Shown one piece after another: positions 1 through 12,769 of a stretch of 64,000 bases of DNA. The stretch is taken from NCBI GenBank assembly GCA_964036045.1, contig OZ038378.1:172422001-172486000 (forward strand). The letters run 5' to 3'. Below the pieces are notes generated by a model, which was not told where the DNA came from, ran no database searches, and was given only the letters and a program-made list of their open reading frames with translations. The position numbers and the translations under genes are program-made. How positions within the stretch are numbered: position 1 is the stretch's first letter; every line of letters starts with the position of its first letter. This DNA comes from Eutreptiella sp. 'Long Island Sound 2002' (lineage: Eukaryota > Protista > Euglenida).

Positions 1-1081
1 TTGACAGGGTGATAAATCGGGTGTATGGGGGAAGGGCGTATTATTCCCCTCCAAGTCTGTTTTTCTTTTTCAATTCTGTTACCTGGTGGGGGGGATTGCA
101 CCCTGCGGGAGATGGAGATCTTTTTTGCCACCTCACGGATATGGTTTGTCGATTTTTTTGGGGGGGTTTCATCTGCTGTTTGTGCTCTGGCACCGATAGC
201 GACGGATTATAGCCCTCCAGCGGGTGCAACATGATAAGGCAGGGGCTATATGGCCATGATGGGGGGGGGTTAACAAGTGGTTTTCTTCTCCTGGGGGGTT
301 TTTTTATCACGCACCCCCCCCCCCCCAAGGGTTCATCACCCTTTCTTGGGTGTTTTTGCACTGACTACAACTGCTAGTCTTGTCTTTTACACCACGCTCC
401 ATCTCAATCTTTGGATGTGCTTGTCATGGGCCCTTATCACGTAGTGAGCACTGAGTGACCATCAAGTCTCTGCTAGGTGGTGCTGAGATGATGGCGAGGC
501 AGCCCTCTCCGGGGTCAGGTTCCGCATTTACAATGGGTCTCTAAAGCCACGTTGAACCATATGCGCTGTTCAACACCAGTTATGGTTGGCTTGTTGGCAG
601 TTGTTCGAACTCCAGAAAACTCAAGTCTTGTCAGTAGTGTGTTGGGTGGTGAGTGGCATCACACACCATAATGGCACGTTGTTAGAGGCAGGAGGGAGCC
701 AGTGACAAGTCAAGGGGGTGGGACTATAGGAATTGTACAGCTTTTGTCCAACAATATTGATAAACTTCTACTAATGCAATACCACAAGATAGTCCACTGT
801 TAGGTCTACTGCTAGATACCTTGATAGACGTTCACTGCGTGAGGTTGAGGGGTTTAAGGATTTGGTTCTTTGGACATTTCCTGCTGGTGAGAGATGCAAC
901 ATAATAAAGCAAAAGGCTGGGAAGCGTACACTAGGGTGTCAGGACACGTGCATTGTGAGCAGTTGGGCAGCAGGTAAGCAAGCAATTGTGATAGCCTAGG
1001 AGGGGTTGGGTGAATGGGTCATGTTTCCATGTGGGTGCAATAGTATGTTCGTAGGTGTGTGCATGTTTTGTACATGGTCAT

Positions 1082-1287
1082 GGTGATAAAACCACACCCC
1101 AGCGTTTTTTTGGCCATTTTGGACACCTGGGGTGGTTTTATCCCACCTGGGGGTGGTTTTATCACCCGAAAGGGGTGGTTTTATCCCCCGGGGTTTATCG
1201 CCTCTGGGGCTGGCTTTATCCCCCCGTTGGGGAGGGGGGGTATCACTGTCGTGGTTGCGGTTGAAGAGGCGTTGGCTTTATCCTGGT
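1082..1287. repeat. Cluster of GG(T/C)TTTATC(C/A)CC motifs
   Basis: About six imperfect copies at 1128-1287 plus one inverted copy (GGTGATAAAACC, 1082-1093). Related words occur at 8-20 and ~295-310. Confidence 0.7.
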
Positions 1288-2149
1288 CATCCAAGTAGTT
1301 CTCGCTGTACTGCAGCACACGGGCTTGCGGCGGGGCGTGGGCGCTTCCTCCAGGACTATCTTCCGGCACCACTTGCGGGGGAGCAACACCTTGGCCGTAC
1401 CAACGAGCGATGCGGGCGCCCGCCGACCAGTGCCCAAACTGCCACCGAAGGGCGCCCCCAGGGCGGCGCCTGCACAGAGACTGGGCAAAGGCCGCAGGTC
1501 CTCGGGGCGCTCTACAAAGCGCATGGGGCCCCTTCCTGCCCCAAGTTTTGGGCCACAGGCTGTGGAGTGTCCAATGCAGGTATGGCGATGCGGGACAACA
1601 ACACGTGGAAGGATCAAAGGGCTCGCAAGGCAGTTCTTCCTGTGGCCTGTGGCGGGGAATGCTACACCTGGTACCGGTGGCCATGGTGGATGGGGCAGGG
1701 AGCCCCACTACCGGTGGCCAGCGAGGCACGGGCAGCAGCACTGCGGCAGGACATGGGGGCTCGTCAGGATCCGTGAGGGGGGGTGGGCAGGTCTGCAGGG
1801 TCATTTGAAGGCCGGAGCAGGTGCACAGGGTGAGGTGCAGTTGCGCGGGTGGTAGGGCCAGTGCAGGCCGGTGAGGGCTAGAAAGGACCCTACTGACCAT
1901 GGGTGTCATGCAGGGGTTTTCATACCCAGCTCCCCCACCGATGACAGGGGCCGGGGCAGAGTCAGCGTCAGCATGTGATGGGGCATTGGCCCCAACGGTG
2001 GGTGCCGCTGAGACGCAAGGCTCCAGACATGAGCATGGGAGGGTGTCCCACGAAGGGAGCTAGTCCATTCATGCTAGTCCGTCTCTTGCACTGTGTACAT
2101 GCCGGGTGAGGCATAGGGGGGTGGCACAGTGGGCTTTTGCCGTCGCTAA

Positions 2150-3564
2150 GCCAACCCCTGCGCATGCAGTGTGCAGAACCTTTTTCGCATGTACTGTTTC
2201 AGAAACTTTTGGACACAGCATGCAGGACCTAAATAGGCTGGCCCGGTTCAGCAGCTTTTGGAATCATGGATTTTGGTGGTTCCTGATTGTGGTTGTTCAT
2301 GATGACCAATTTTTTGTGTTTTGGGGCTAGGGATGGGATTATAGGGATACGGATTGCTGTCCAGCCGCCCACTTGCACCCCTGCTTGTCCTGTGGTCAGT
2401 TGTATGCCCATATACCCTCCTTGTGTTCCCCTTGTCCTACAAATGAGTGAACTACAGCTTGTCCTGCCTGGCTACCAGCTAGACTACGGGTGCTTGGTCA
2501 GGCCAAACGGCTAAATCTCCGCGCCGCGCCTGCGCCGCGCCAGATGCTCCCCTAGGGTGGAGCAATTGGAGATAACAGAATTGGATACTGAATTGTGTTG
2601 TTTCATTGCCTTGTTGTACATGCAGAATTTCATGCCCATTTGTGTTGCTGCTACATTGCCTTTTTGTGCGGAGGTGGTGGGTGGTTTTAGAGGGTTTCTT
2701 GTCCGATGAGTTTTTCCAAATATGGCCGCATTGGACACGCATTGCAAATTCATCCCGCAACTACCACGCCATTGCCCATGCAAACATACTTTTTGAACTA
2801 CACAATTCAGTTGTAGCCCCCACCGCCCCCTTGAACAAGGTTGGAAAGGGGCTCTATTCCATAGCTCCCAATGGCCCTGATAGGCAGTTTGGACAGCAAG
2901 AACATGCTGAATTCCGGCTACACATTGCAGTGTGGTGCCCTATTGTGAGAATTGTGGTGTAGGTGAAGTATGGGTTGGTTTTTGGTTTTTGGTTGGGGTG
3001 TATCCGTGGTTGGCCGTACCACACATCATGTACCCCCCACCCTCCTTGCAAGAACAAAGGCAAAAGCACTGAATGAAGACAGAGGCAACACCTATTGTTG
3101 CTCTGACAAGGGCGTTGTTTATGCGGGCCGCACGAAAACACAAATAACAACCATTATGTCGTGAATAAACTAGTTGTCAGATGATTCTCCAATCTTCACC
3201 AAACATGCACATAGCATAAGTAACCCGTCCCGCCGCCTCTCAAGGTGAGGTATGATGTGTGGTTCTAAATTTGGTTTGTAACCTTGGCTGCAGGGAGGGA
3301 GCAGTAGACCAGAGCCTAACCCAACACTCAGGCCACGAGACATTCACTGGTGTGAGCAATGAACTCAAGGAAATATTTGGCTCCAGGGTTTGCAGAGTTT
3401 TGGTTGAATTCGAGTGATTCAGTGAATGGTCACTCGTCACAAACTCAAGGTAGCATTCTGTACTGGGCCAAAATGGCTGAGCAATTTAGGGAGACATCAA
3501 ATCAACATTCTGATTGAACCTGAGCGATTCCTTGCAGTATTCATGATCGCCACCCCAAACGTGG

Positions 3565-3595
<31 letters not shown>

Positions 3596-6450
3596 TCCAA
3601 CTCCATTCTTGGTTCACTGCGTTCCAAAGTGTTTCAAACATCCCAGCCAGCATCATATGCCCAACAAAAAATGTAAAAGATGAAAAAAGCGTGCCAAAAA
3701 TCGCTGCATGGGGAAAATGGATAAATTGTATTGTGTACATTGGATTTCACCCATGAAGAGATCTTTGGCGCAATTTTTTTTTTCACAAACTGAGTATCGA
3801 GGACACTGATAGGCATAATTCAAACAAGCTTTTTTACAACCCTCCCTACCGTGTGGCACCCACTCTCAACAACTCTCCTGTTGTCATTGGACAGTGGGTA
3901 CATCTGAATTGGTTGCGCTGCACTGCCTGCATTTCCCCTGGACCCCTTCTGAAACTTGTGGTTCTGGTGCCAAGACGACAATAAGAGTGACCCCATTTCA
4001 TTTCATCCCACATATCCGTTGGTAGGTACATGTCATGCACAATCTTTGTATGTCCCCCCCCCTTCATTGTCTAGTCTCAGCATGATACATGCACAGGGGC
4101 TTCACTTCTTTTTTCAGCACGAGGGCAAGTTGTGTTTCCCGTACTCTTCCCCTGCACACGCACCCCAGATGTTGCGGGCCCTCAAGTTGCAAATCTCAGT
4201 GGCGTTGCAAAGTCACCACATTGGTAGCTAGGCACAGCTGCCGCAGGAGGGTACACACTTTCTTCCTTTTCACTCCCATCCCGTGTTTTGTATAACGCGC
4301 CGCCTCAGTCATGTCCATCACTGGCGGTTGCTGGTCACTCCCTCAAAGAACTTGTTGTATGTTGGGTATCACCTCCATGTCCCATACATAGGAATTACCA
4401 TGATGGCATTCGCAAGGTCGTTGCCCAAACACATGACCGAAGCTCTGTCCAACCAGGACTGTAGCACTTTGCATAATAAAATGTGTGTTGCAGACCTTAG
4501 CCACAGGGGCATCCTCCCCCTTCCAATTCGTTGCTGACGATTGGCTCGCTAGCCTCAGGGAATGGCATTGGTGGTACTGGTACATGCACTATGCCATCAA
4601 TGATGTCGCTCCGGGAATATGTTCTGATGGTACCACCAGGCACAATGGGTAGTTATATAATAAAGTGTGGCGCTGCTCCAGGAGATTCGGGATGCTCGGT
4701 CTATTGACGACTTTGGGCGGGTCAAGTTTCTGTAGAGCCACCTTAGGGACTTGGCTAGGGACCCGTCCATTCCAATGCACACACCCTAGGTCAGGTAGTG
4801 GTTCCTAACTGCATTGATGTACAGAAAATACTTTTGCACTCCGTGGTCCGTTGCATACGTTTTTCTCTCCCCCCTCACCGCCTAGGAAAAGCGAGCCATG
4901 CATAAGTCAGTTTGCATTGTTCGATCCAATCCTCACGCTGTACAACAGCTTTTGAGTAAACCATCGAAGCACTTTGACAAATCACTGTCCTGCCTGCATG
5001 CACCTGTCACACCATCTAGCACCTAGCCACTCACATGCATGACGGCGTAGTGCCGGTCACCTGCCATTTTTCACATTGCACTATAGCACGACCAAAGGAT
5101 TCGCTCCCAGTCCTAGGGGAGCAGGCACAATCGGTGGCAATTACATTGTGACACGCCTTTGGTACGCAACTCCGCACATCCCTCACACATTTGCCGTCCA
5201 CCTTACCCGCCTGTTTCCGGAGACAGGACACAAAATGTAGTTCGTGCGATGACAAATTACAGTCTTGTCTAGCTCCCTGCACATCCACATTGTAGACAAG
5301 GGGGCGGTGCAGGTTTTTGAATTTTTCCAGTGGTCGGTCTGGTGAGTCGTTGAGCAATTTGTCCGGTCGGAAGGGTATGTTCCCTCCACTGCCACTAGCT
5401 CTGATGTGAAGAAGCACATTCTGCAGCCGGTGCACAAGAACGACTGGGATAGTAACCCCAGGGGCTCCTGTGCACCTTGTACTTTCTTGGTACACATAAA
5501 GCAAAAATAACCAATGGTCAAAATTCACCAATAGAGCCATTTTTGGGTTAACTTTTTTTGGGTAATTTTTTGGTATCCTAGCAAAGGGGATGTCACCTTT
5601 CCCAGCCATGATGCAGCACAATGCAACAGAAAACCAATGTGAGTTGCACCATTCATGGTTTACTTAAAGGGCGGGACAAATGGCTGCAGTGTGACCCAAC
5701 CAACAGCCATCACAAACAAATTCGGAGCAAGAGAGACATGTTCGTGCAGTCAAAGAACCACACCCACAAGGGTGCCGTGTCTCTTGAGGATGAAGCTTCT
5801 TGAGAACGTCGAACATGGGTTCAATAGAGGGCACATCTTCCCATAGGGTTCGCAGAATCTCAGTGACATCCCATGAGAGGACAATGGAGTCCACCGGCAG
5901 GTCCTTAATGGCCCCTGCCGATAAAGCATATTTACGCCTTTGGATTGCATGCAAGTGAGAAACGGACATTTTGGCAACAACCATGTCGTTGACATTGTGT
6001 GCAAATATATTTTCAACCCATGCATCCCAACCTCATCTTCAACTTCAGCACACTCAAAGTTAGACAGAATCCTTTTGCGACCTCAATTCTGGGTGTGAAA
6101 ATAATCACCATTTTTGTGGAAATACTTTAGCCACCCATAAACTGTGTGGTACCCCAACTTGTGCTCCCTCTCATCATCCCTTTGATGTCATTTTATAGCC
6201 CCAGCAATGCCATGTTGCCTTGCCCAGACAGTAACCGTTTTGATATCCTTATCACTCCAGTTGTGCCGGGGGGCTAACAAACCAAGTCTCACCCAGTACG
6301 CATCCACCACAACAATCGGAACAACATGACAACAATAGACCGTGCAAGAAAAAGGGGCCCGCAATGGAAAAAACCGATCCTGGGACCCTTGGGACCCAGG
6401 TTGTGGGGTAAAACCACAGTCACCCAAACAACCTTAATTTTTGGTTAATT
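2150..6450 (-). mobile_element. Decayed tyrosine-recombinase retroelement (DIRS/Ngaro-like) remnant
   Basis: Minus-strand frames broken by stops and frameshifts give YR-like motifs: CFRAARINNAL (~3107-3143, first catalytic Arg box, cf. FxxxLRxSN), KPKTNP, and LHPRGASGAAQARRG (~2520-2565, cf. HSLRRGGASAA). RNase H-like pieces lie upstream on the same strand (TMQTDLC ~4900, LYINAV ~4820, SEHIPG ~4620). No RT YxDD motif and no terminal repeats were recognised; limits are approximate. Confidence 0.45.
3567..3595. repeat. (GT)n microsatellite
   Basis: Direct reading. Similar tracts at ~7061-7078, ~7434-7462 and ~46157-46181. Confidence 0.95.
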
Positions 6451-7430
6451 TTTTTTTGGTAATATTTCCCTTGGGTCATTTTTCCTCGGCTTGTAAGGCG
6501 AAGAGCCTTCAAAAGTGAGACTGGCTGTGGAGGGGCATTTGTGCCATTCCCCGTCCCCTCATAAACAAGCAGTCACTACCCATTGCCGCGACAGCAATAA
6601 CCAAATTCCTACAGTACATCACCAATGAGATAGTGGGCAATTTTCTGGTGCATAGGGTAGCTGATGTCAGTGCTTGGTTTCTGTGTCCCGGGTATCAGCA
6701 CCAAGCACATTACAGAGGTTGATTGCAAGGACTAGTTCAATAAAATCAACCCACCCAAGTGGTGGATTACTTGAACTAGGCATCACAGTGGTTAGTGCAC
6801 CTCCGACGTTGGTGCACGCATGAAGTGCTATGGTCCATCCACAAAGAAGATTGCTGGCTTGACTGCCCCCCCTGCTGCGGTGCTGCCATACTGCTACGGT
6901 CTTGTCACACGTCCAGCGGCATGCCATTTGAGGGGGGGGGCACACTCTACTTGGGTTGTTCTCGAGCAGGTGTCGTCCAATGGGATCACAGGGGCTTGGT
7001 GTTATGATTTTGGCACGCTCAGGGACATGCACCGGTGGGCGGTCGAGTCCCAGCAGAATCTGTGTGTGTGTGTGTGTGACAGGACGATTGCGTCCTGATT
7101 CCCAAGCTCTTGCCTACTTCCATGTCCACAAACGAAAATGAAATATTCAACTGGTGGGGTTGAACACCAATGGCTCCTCCCTTCCCTTTTTGTGCGGGGT
7201 GCTGGCCACGGGTGATTTCTTGTCTTTGTCCTCAGGGGTGGACAAATGCCGCTGTGCTGTGGATCGCCCCATCGACTCTGCTTGCGTTCACCATCTTGCG
7301 GCTGTGCCCTGCAGAAAGGCACCTAGCCACATGACATTGTTTTTCATGGCCTGACGAGGAGTCTTCACGTCCATGCCCAGTGCTTTGTCGTGCCATCCAC
7401 AGGGCGTTTGTTGGGTGTTGGCGTGTCCGC

Positions 7431-7463
<33 letters not shown>

Positions 7464-7855
7464 TGCGCACACAGTGTGCGCGTGGTCGATGTATTGTTGT
7501 TCCACGTATGTATCTATCTACACACCCATTCTACAGGGTAGGGCATGCGTTTTAGGGCTCTAAACGGTGTGAACATTGCGCATGCTGCCATTTCTCCCCA
7601 TACAGCAGCGACAATGTCCCTTGCATGGCTACGTACAGGCATCACTGTCACTGACATCCTATCAAATGGAGACAGGGTGCCTGCCACTCCTTCAGCATGT
7701 GGGCAGTGCAGAGGTATTGAGTATGGCACCGAAGGCCAGCATGTATCTTTGCTCATCCAATTGAAGTTTGGGCACACGGTCCATTCTCCTCCTGAACCGG
7801 AGACCCTGAGCAAGCACCAGGGCAACATCAAGACCCTGATGTGCAAGGAGAGCAA

Positions 7856-8000
7856 GGACAACAGCCATCCAGAAGCCTCCAAGACTTGATAGCAACCATC
7901 CAAAACTCTCCAAGAATGAACTGCACACACCCAGAAACCTCGAAGAATGAACAGCAAGCATCCAGGTTAACGTCCAGAAATGTCTAGAAATTACCAGCAA
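7856..8000 (+). repeat. Degenerate ~30-bp minisatellite (AACAGCAAGCATCCAGAAGCCTCCAGGAATT-like)
   Basis: Several imperfect tandem units; the same family recurs at ~44350-44550. Confidence 0.7.
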
Positions 8001-8407
8001 GCACCCGATAAAAAGCCTCTCTGGTGCAACAAATTTAGGGGCTCCAAGGAAAGACATTTGGCCAGGGCTTGTTCAAAACCCCCACACGGTGTGCACATGG
8101 TGAGCGCGGGGTGCAGGTTTCCCTCCATGTGCGGAATGGAGTGCCGGTCAGAGTTCCTGAACAAGGAAAGTTTGCTGGACTCCAACTGTTGAAAGATGAG
8201 GGACTGTTCGAGGGCCCATAGTAATCCACGGAGGGGCACTGTCATTTCCGGTGCTATGCTGCGGCAGAAGAGGCAAGGAGACACTGCATTGTCAATCATT
8301 TCTTCAGCATACTCCCCCTTTGTTTTACCAGTTCATGTTGTGCATGGCGGTCTGTGCCCTCCCATATCGCGGCGCTTGACGACCTTCCCCATCACATTTT
8401 CCCGGAG

Positions 8408-9541
8408 CCTCGCTGCAAACGACAAAGATTGCCACCGCGACCATCCCGGCGGAGCACGCATCCCCAGATGAGATCCAGCGGGCGCTTGAGGATTTAGAGC
8501 AGAAGACCTCGCAGCTTTTCAAATGGCAGCAGGAGTACAAAGCAGCCCAGACCCGCCTTGAGTCCCTCATCGGCAAAGATGCCACTGCGACGGTCAGCTC
8601 CGGCGCGGCGCCGGGAGTGGGCCCGCAACCGGGAACAGGTCTGGGAGATGTCCTGGGACCGCAACCGGCCTCTGATGAGGCTCCATTGCCGCACACTGCG
8701 CCATCGGACGCCGAAGTGCCATCTTCCAGCCAACCCCCTGAGGCTGAGGTGCCAGCCACAGCGGACGCCCGCCCACTGAGTGGGCAGGCGCTCGTCACAT
8801 GCGCGACCTCCCCGGCGCCGGAGGCGTCTCCCGCGCCGTCGTCCGTCCGCACTCAGGCCCCCAGTGAAGCGCGGGGCCCCGACTCTCCGGCGTCCTCTGC
8901 GCGGGACCAGTCCCCGAAGCGCGGCACCGTGCGGCCGAAGAAGTCGGGGCCGGCGCCGAAGCTGCTGATCATGAACAGCGACGGCAAAGCGGTGCCGATG
9001 GACCTGCAGACGCAGAAGGGCCTCACGCAGCAGCCCAAAGCCGCAGGGAAGAAGGCGAAGGCTGGGCCCAAGAAGCGCAGCCTGCGGGCGGCGGGGGCGT
9101 CCTCCAACCCCAAGCCCGGGCCCGCACCCGCCGACGTCGCGTCGGAGGGTGCCCCCGGCCCAGCCCGGAGCCCCAGCCCTCGGGCCCGGAGCCCCAGCCC
9201 TCGGGCCCGGCGCCAGGGACACGACGACGGTCCGGCGGGCCCGGCGGAGACCCCCAGCCCCCGGGCCCGGCGTTGGGGCTCAAGGGGCTCCGAGGTGCCG
9301 GAGGAGGCGGAGGTGGACCAGGGGGACCTCGAGGTTGCGGAGGTGGACACTACGGACCCGACGGTCATCTTGGGGGACCTTGGGCCTTCCACGCCGGAGG
9401 CGCTGCCGCCCACGGAGCGCGCGGTGTACGACGCCCTCCTGGGGCAGTCGATGATGTGGTCGAGGGATGGCACGCCGGCCCCGAGGCTCGACGCGGAGAT
9501 TGCGGAGGACCCGCTGTCCGACGACCCGCCCAGTCCGTTAG
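8408..9541 (+). CDS. MORN/CAP-Gly protein, exon A (coiled coil plus Pro/Ser-rich region; 5' end uncertain)
   Basis: The frame is open from 8380 and reads ...DEIQRALEDLEQKTSQLFKWQQEYKAAQTRLESL... (coiled-coil-like), then RSPSPRA repeats. Donor TAG|GTCTGG at 9542 (phase 1) joins exon B in frame. The start is unresolved; one option is ATG 8256 with a 58-nt phase-1 intron at 8350-8407. Confidence 0.72.
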
Positions 9542-9915
9542 GTCTGGCCGTCTGCGTTTCCCCCGCGCCTTTTGGCGCCCTGACGCCCTCGCCCCCTCCG
9601 CTGCTCACCGCTATCAATGAGACAGAACGTGGCAAAGTGTGCACAGAGAAAGGGCGAGAATATGCGAGGCAACAGGAATCGCATCATCGCCCCTGCACAG
9701 AACACTTACCAGTGCCACAGGGGGCAGTACGGTGCCTGCAAAGGCGTAGCCTTCGAGGGTTCTGTGGCTCAGAATAAAAGGAATGGCGTAAGACGAGTCC
9801 AACGCGGGGGAGCCTGCAACGCCCTGACAGGTCAGCCACAGGGTCTCAGAGCCCGGCGCTTCAGGCCACGTCAATACTGGTGCTGGACACATTTCCATCC
9901 CATCCCCAGAACATA

Positions 9916-10005
9916 GGGACCATTGTGGGAAAAAACGAAATTTACCACCGGGAAATCTTGTTGGGCCATCTTTGGTACACAAACTTTTGGGTCCCAGAAC
10001 CCCCC
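9916..10005 (+). repeat. Intronic dispersed repeat core (GGGACCAT.GTGGGAAAAAACGAAATT...GGTACACAAACTTTTGGGTCCCAGA)
   Basis: Near-identical copies in the same orientation at ~11310-11395 and ~13192-13275. Confidence 0.85.
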
Positions 10006-10644
10006 CCCCCCCCCCCCACACACACATCCCTTCGGGGAGGGGGTGCGTTTGGTGCGGTATGGGCTGCCACAACTCAACGCGGGTCTGGCGGTCCCGGCGC
10101 CGCATGTCTGCAAGGGTCCCGTCAGATATCCCTCCGTGCTCCGACGCCATGCGGGTCCGTGTCCAATGGGCCTCATCTGTGCAAGACGCATGGCCACAGA
10201 ACAGGCAATGCGCATTGCCCTCGGCGTTTGCCTCCACGTGCCTGTCGAGTAGGCCCCTTTGACATGACTCATCTGGCATCAGTCGGGGCGGGGGGCTGGG
10301 GTGGAGTACGATGCGCGGTTTCCACTGCTGCACTGCACACCACCACAGCTCTGCGGGGGCTATATATGCGTCACCTCCTCCGGTAGCAATGGCGGTTGTT
10401 GGGTGCTTCTTCTTGTTCGTTTTATTTCTGAAAATTTTTTTCCACACGCGACCTACCATCCCCCACCCCCGAAGAAAAAGTGCACGCGACGTATACAAAA
10501 CACGTTTTTGTCATTTCTTTCCATGCGCGATTTTCTCAAAAAAAAAAAAAGTGCACGCGACTTATGCCAAAAACGAAGTATGCGACTTACGCTTTTTCCC
10601 GCACTCGACCTCCGCTTTCCTCTCCGCTGCTGACCCCATCTCAG

Positions 10645-10997
10645 GGGACGTTGACTGGTACAGCGATGACGAGCCGGCCCTAGGGGCGTTTGCTGCAGCA
10701 GACCCCCCAGAGGGCACGCGGCCCCACAAGCGTGTGGAGGACAGCATGCTGCGGGGGGGCTTCACCCCGTGGGAGGCAGAGGGGCACCGCGGCAACACCT
10801 CCCGTCCGGACTCCATCATCGAGTTCGCGTCCAGTGCCCGCGTGCGTGACCATGTGCTGCCCTCCTCGTTCTCGCCGGAGGATGCCAAGACGAAGGCCCT
10901 GCGCTGCTCGACAGAGCCCATCTTCGACCCCAAATCGGAGATGTATGGGCCCTTCAGCATCTACAAGAACTCCACCTACGCCACCACGTCCTACGAG
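10645..10997 (+). CDS. MORN/CAP-Gly protein, exon B
   Basis: Acceptor CCCCATCTCAG|G (10644) and donor GAG|GTCCCC (10998). Reads GDVDWYSDDEPALG...YKNSTYATTSYE with GC3-rich codons, and phases match both neighbouring exons. Confidence 0.75.
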
Positions 10998-11072
10998 GTC
11001 CCCCGCCCGCTCCCTCCCCCTCGTGTCCTATTGGCTCCGGCGAGCGCTTGTATGCACCCCCCCCCCCCCCCC

Positions 11073-11422
11073 GCAGGGAAGTAGTGGAATGGCGGGACCC
11101 CCTCCCCCCTGGCACCTACTTCTGCCAACCCCCCCCCCCCCCCTGGAGTAGTCAAACAGGACAAGTCATCCAGGGGCTCTGTTGACACAACCAAAACACG
11201 TTCGGACCCACAGACGGTCAGAATTAGCAGTGGCGAGAGGCCAATAGGCGCCGCCAAAGGCAAACAATCAGATACCGAGGCCTTGTCCCCCCCCCCCCCC
11301 CCAACCAAAGGGACCATCGTGGGAAAAAACGAAATTGACCATTGGAAATATCTGGTCGGGCCATTTTCGGTACACAAACTTTTGGGTCCCAGACCCCCCC
11401 CACCCCCCCAATACTTCTCTGC
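11073..11422. mobile_element. MITE with imperfect TIRs GCAGGGAAGTA.../...TACTTCTCTGC
   Basis: TIRs at 11073-11089 and 11409-11422. It contains the core shared with 9916 and 13192, plus a module (GGCCTCGGTATCTGATTGTTTGCC..., reversed) also present at ~23704-23800. Confidence 0.7.
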
Positions 11423-12316
11423 CCCACCCCCTCCGTCCGACCGGAAATAGTCCGACGTGCGTCAAAAGTTGGGCGCAAATGATGATGAGTTGTTCCCAGA
11501 CCCATTCGGGATGCCCAGGGGACGCCGTTGCGCGCAGCGCTCGCGCGGTCGTACCACTGAAGCACCGGGACCCCATTCCAAGCCTCACTCCGCTGCGGGC
11601 GGGAACAAGTATCGGCGCATGGGCACATGAGGATGCCTCTGCAGAAGATGAGGACGATGATGAACTGTGTTTTGGTGCATCGTTTGTGCTCTCGAGGGGT
11701 CGTGGGTTTCACGGGCATCGCTGTGGATTCCCGCAACGAACCCGCACGCAGTGCAATGGTTGTCCCCTCGGACCAGTATTTTTGGCGTGTTGTTGAGCCC
11801 CTGTGGACCTGTTTGGCCCTGCCACAGATCCCGAAGAAGCCTTCAAAATGGGCCATTCCGGGTTCCCGCTCCTTCCCTCACTGCGCTCTGTCGTTTGAGG
11901 CCTTCGCCCCCCCCCCCCCCCCCCCTCCGTCGCGACCGCTCTTCCCGGCGTCCCCCACGCGAGGACACGCAGTGCGGAGTGCGGCGACGACTGCCGTGCG
12001 GCGCGCCAAGTGCTCACAAAGGCGTGGTGGCTGCGCTCCGGGTGTGGGCTGGATGTCCGGTGTGCGAGCTTTGTTTGTGACCCGGGTGCATACGTGGGCA
12101 CACCCATCGCATTGATGTGCCCCACTGATCTCCCTCTCGGGTTGTGTTCTCCAACAAGACTCCCATACATTTCCCCGTCATCTCCCCCCCATTTTCCCAA
12201 TTTTTCCAGACACCAAAATCCTGAGTTTGGTGAGTTGGTGAGTTCGGTGGCGGTGAGCGCGGATGCCCGCAGGGCAGGGTTTCCCGCTGATTCGTACCCC
12301 CCCCCCCCCCCCCCCA

Positions 12317-12404
12317 CCCCTTGTATAAGCTCCGCCCTTGTTCAAGCTACAGTACGCGTAGGGACCGTATTAATTTGGGACTTTGGGGTAGCTTATACAA
12401 GGGG
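12317..12404. mobile_element. 88-bp MITE with perfect 15-bp TIRs CCCCTTGTATAAGCT/AGCTTATACAAGGGG
   Basis: TIRs read directly. Degenerate partial copies at ~45913-45975 and ~46205-46282. Confidence 0.8.
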
Positions 12405-12769
12405 GGGGGGGGTACATGAATCACGACGAACAGCGACGAATGACAGCAAAATCATCTTTTCCGAACAACGAGGAACAACGACGAATCACCAAAAAAGGCC
12501 TTTGCGACACAGTGGGAAACCCTGTGCAGGGTGTGCAGTGGTAAAATGGCAGCCCCTGCTTTGCACTCTCAGTTTTCCTTCCGGCTCACTTAAAGCGAGT
12601 GGTACCAATGTGGGAGTGGGACACGGTCGGGCTTTTTCTTTGCAGTTGGGAAAGTACCGCACCTGACGTCCTCTAGTCGCTTGGGTCAGGCGCCCCCCCC
12701 TCCCCTTCCCTCTTGCAGCATCCCGTGCCCCTTCCCGGGCGCTCCTGCACGCCCTCCCCGTTCCTGTAG

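Noticed and set aside
1550-1576. WTLHSLWP on the minus strand, resembling the RNase T2 CAS I motif (TIHGLWP)
   Set aside because: Gly is replaced by Ser and no CAS II (HEWxKHG) motif follows.
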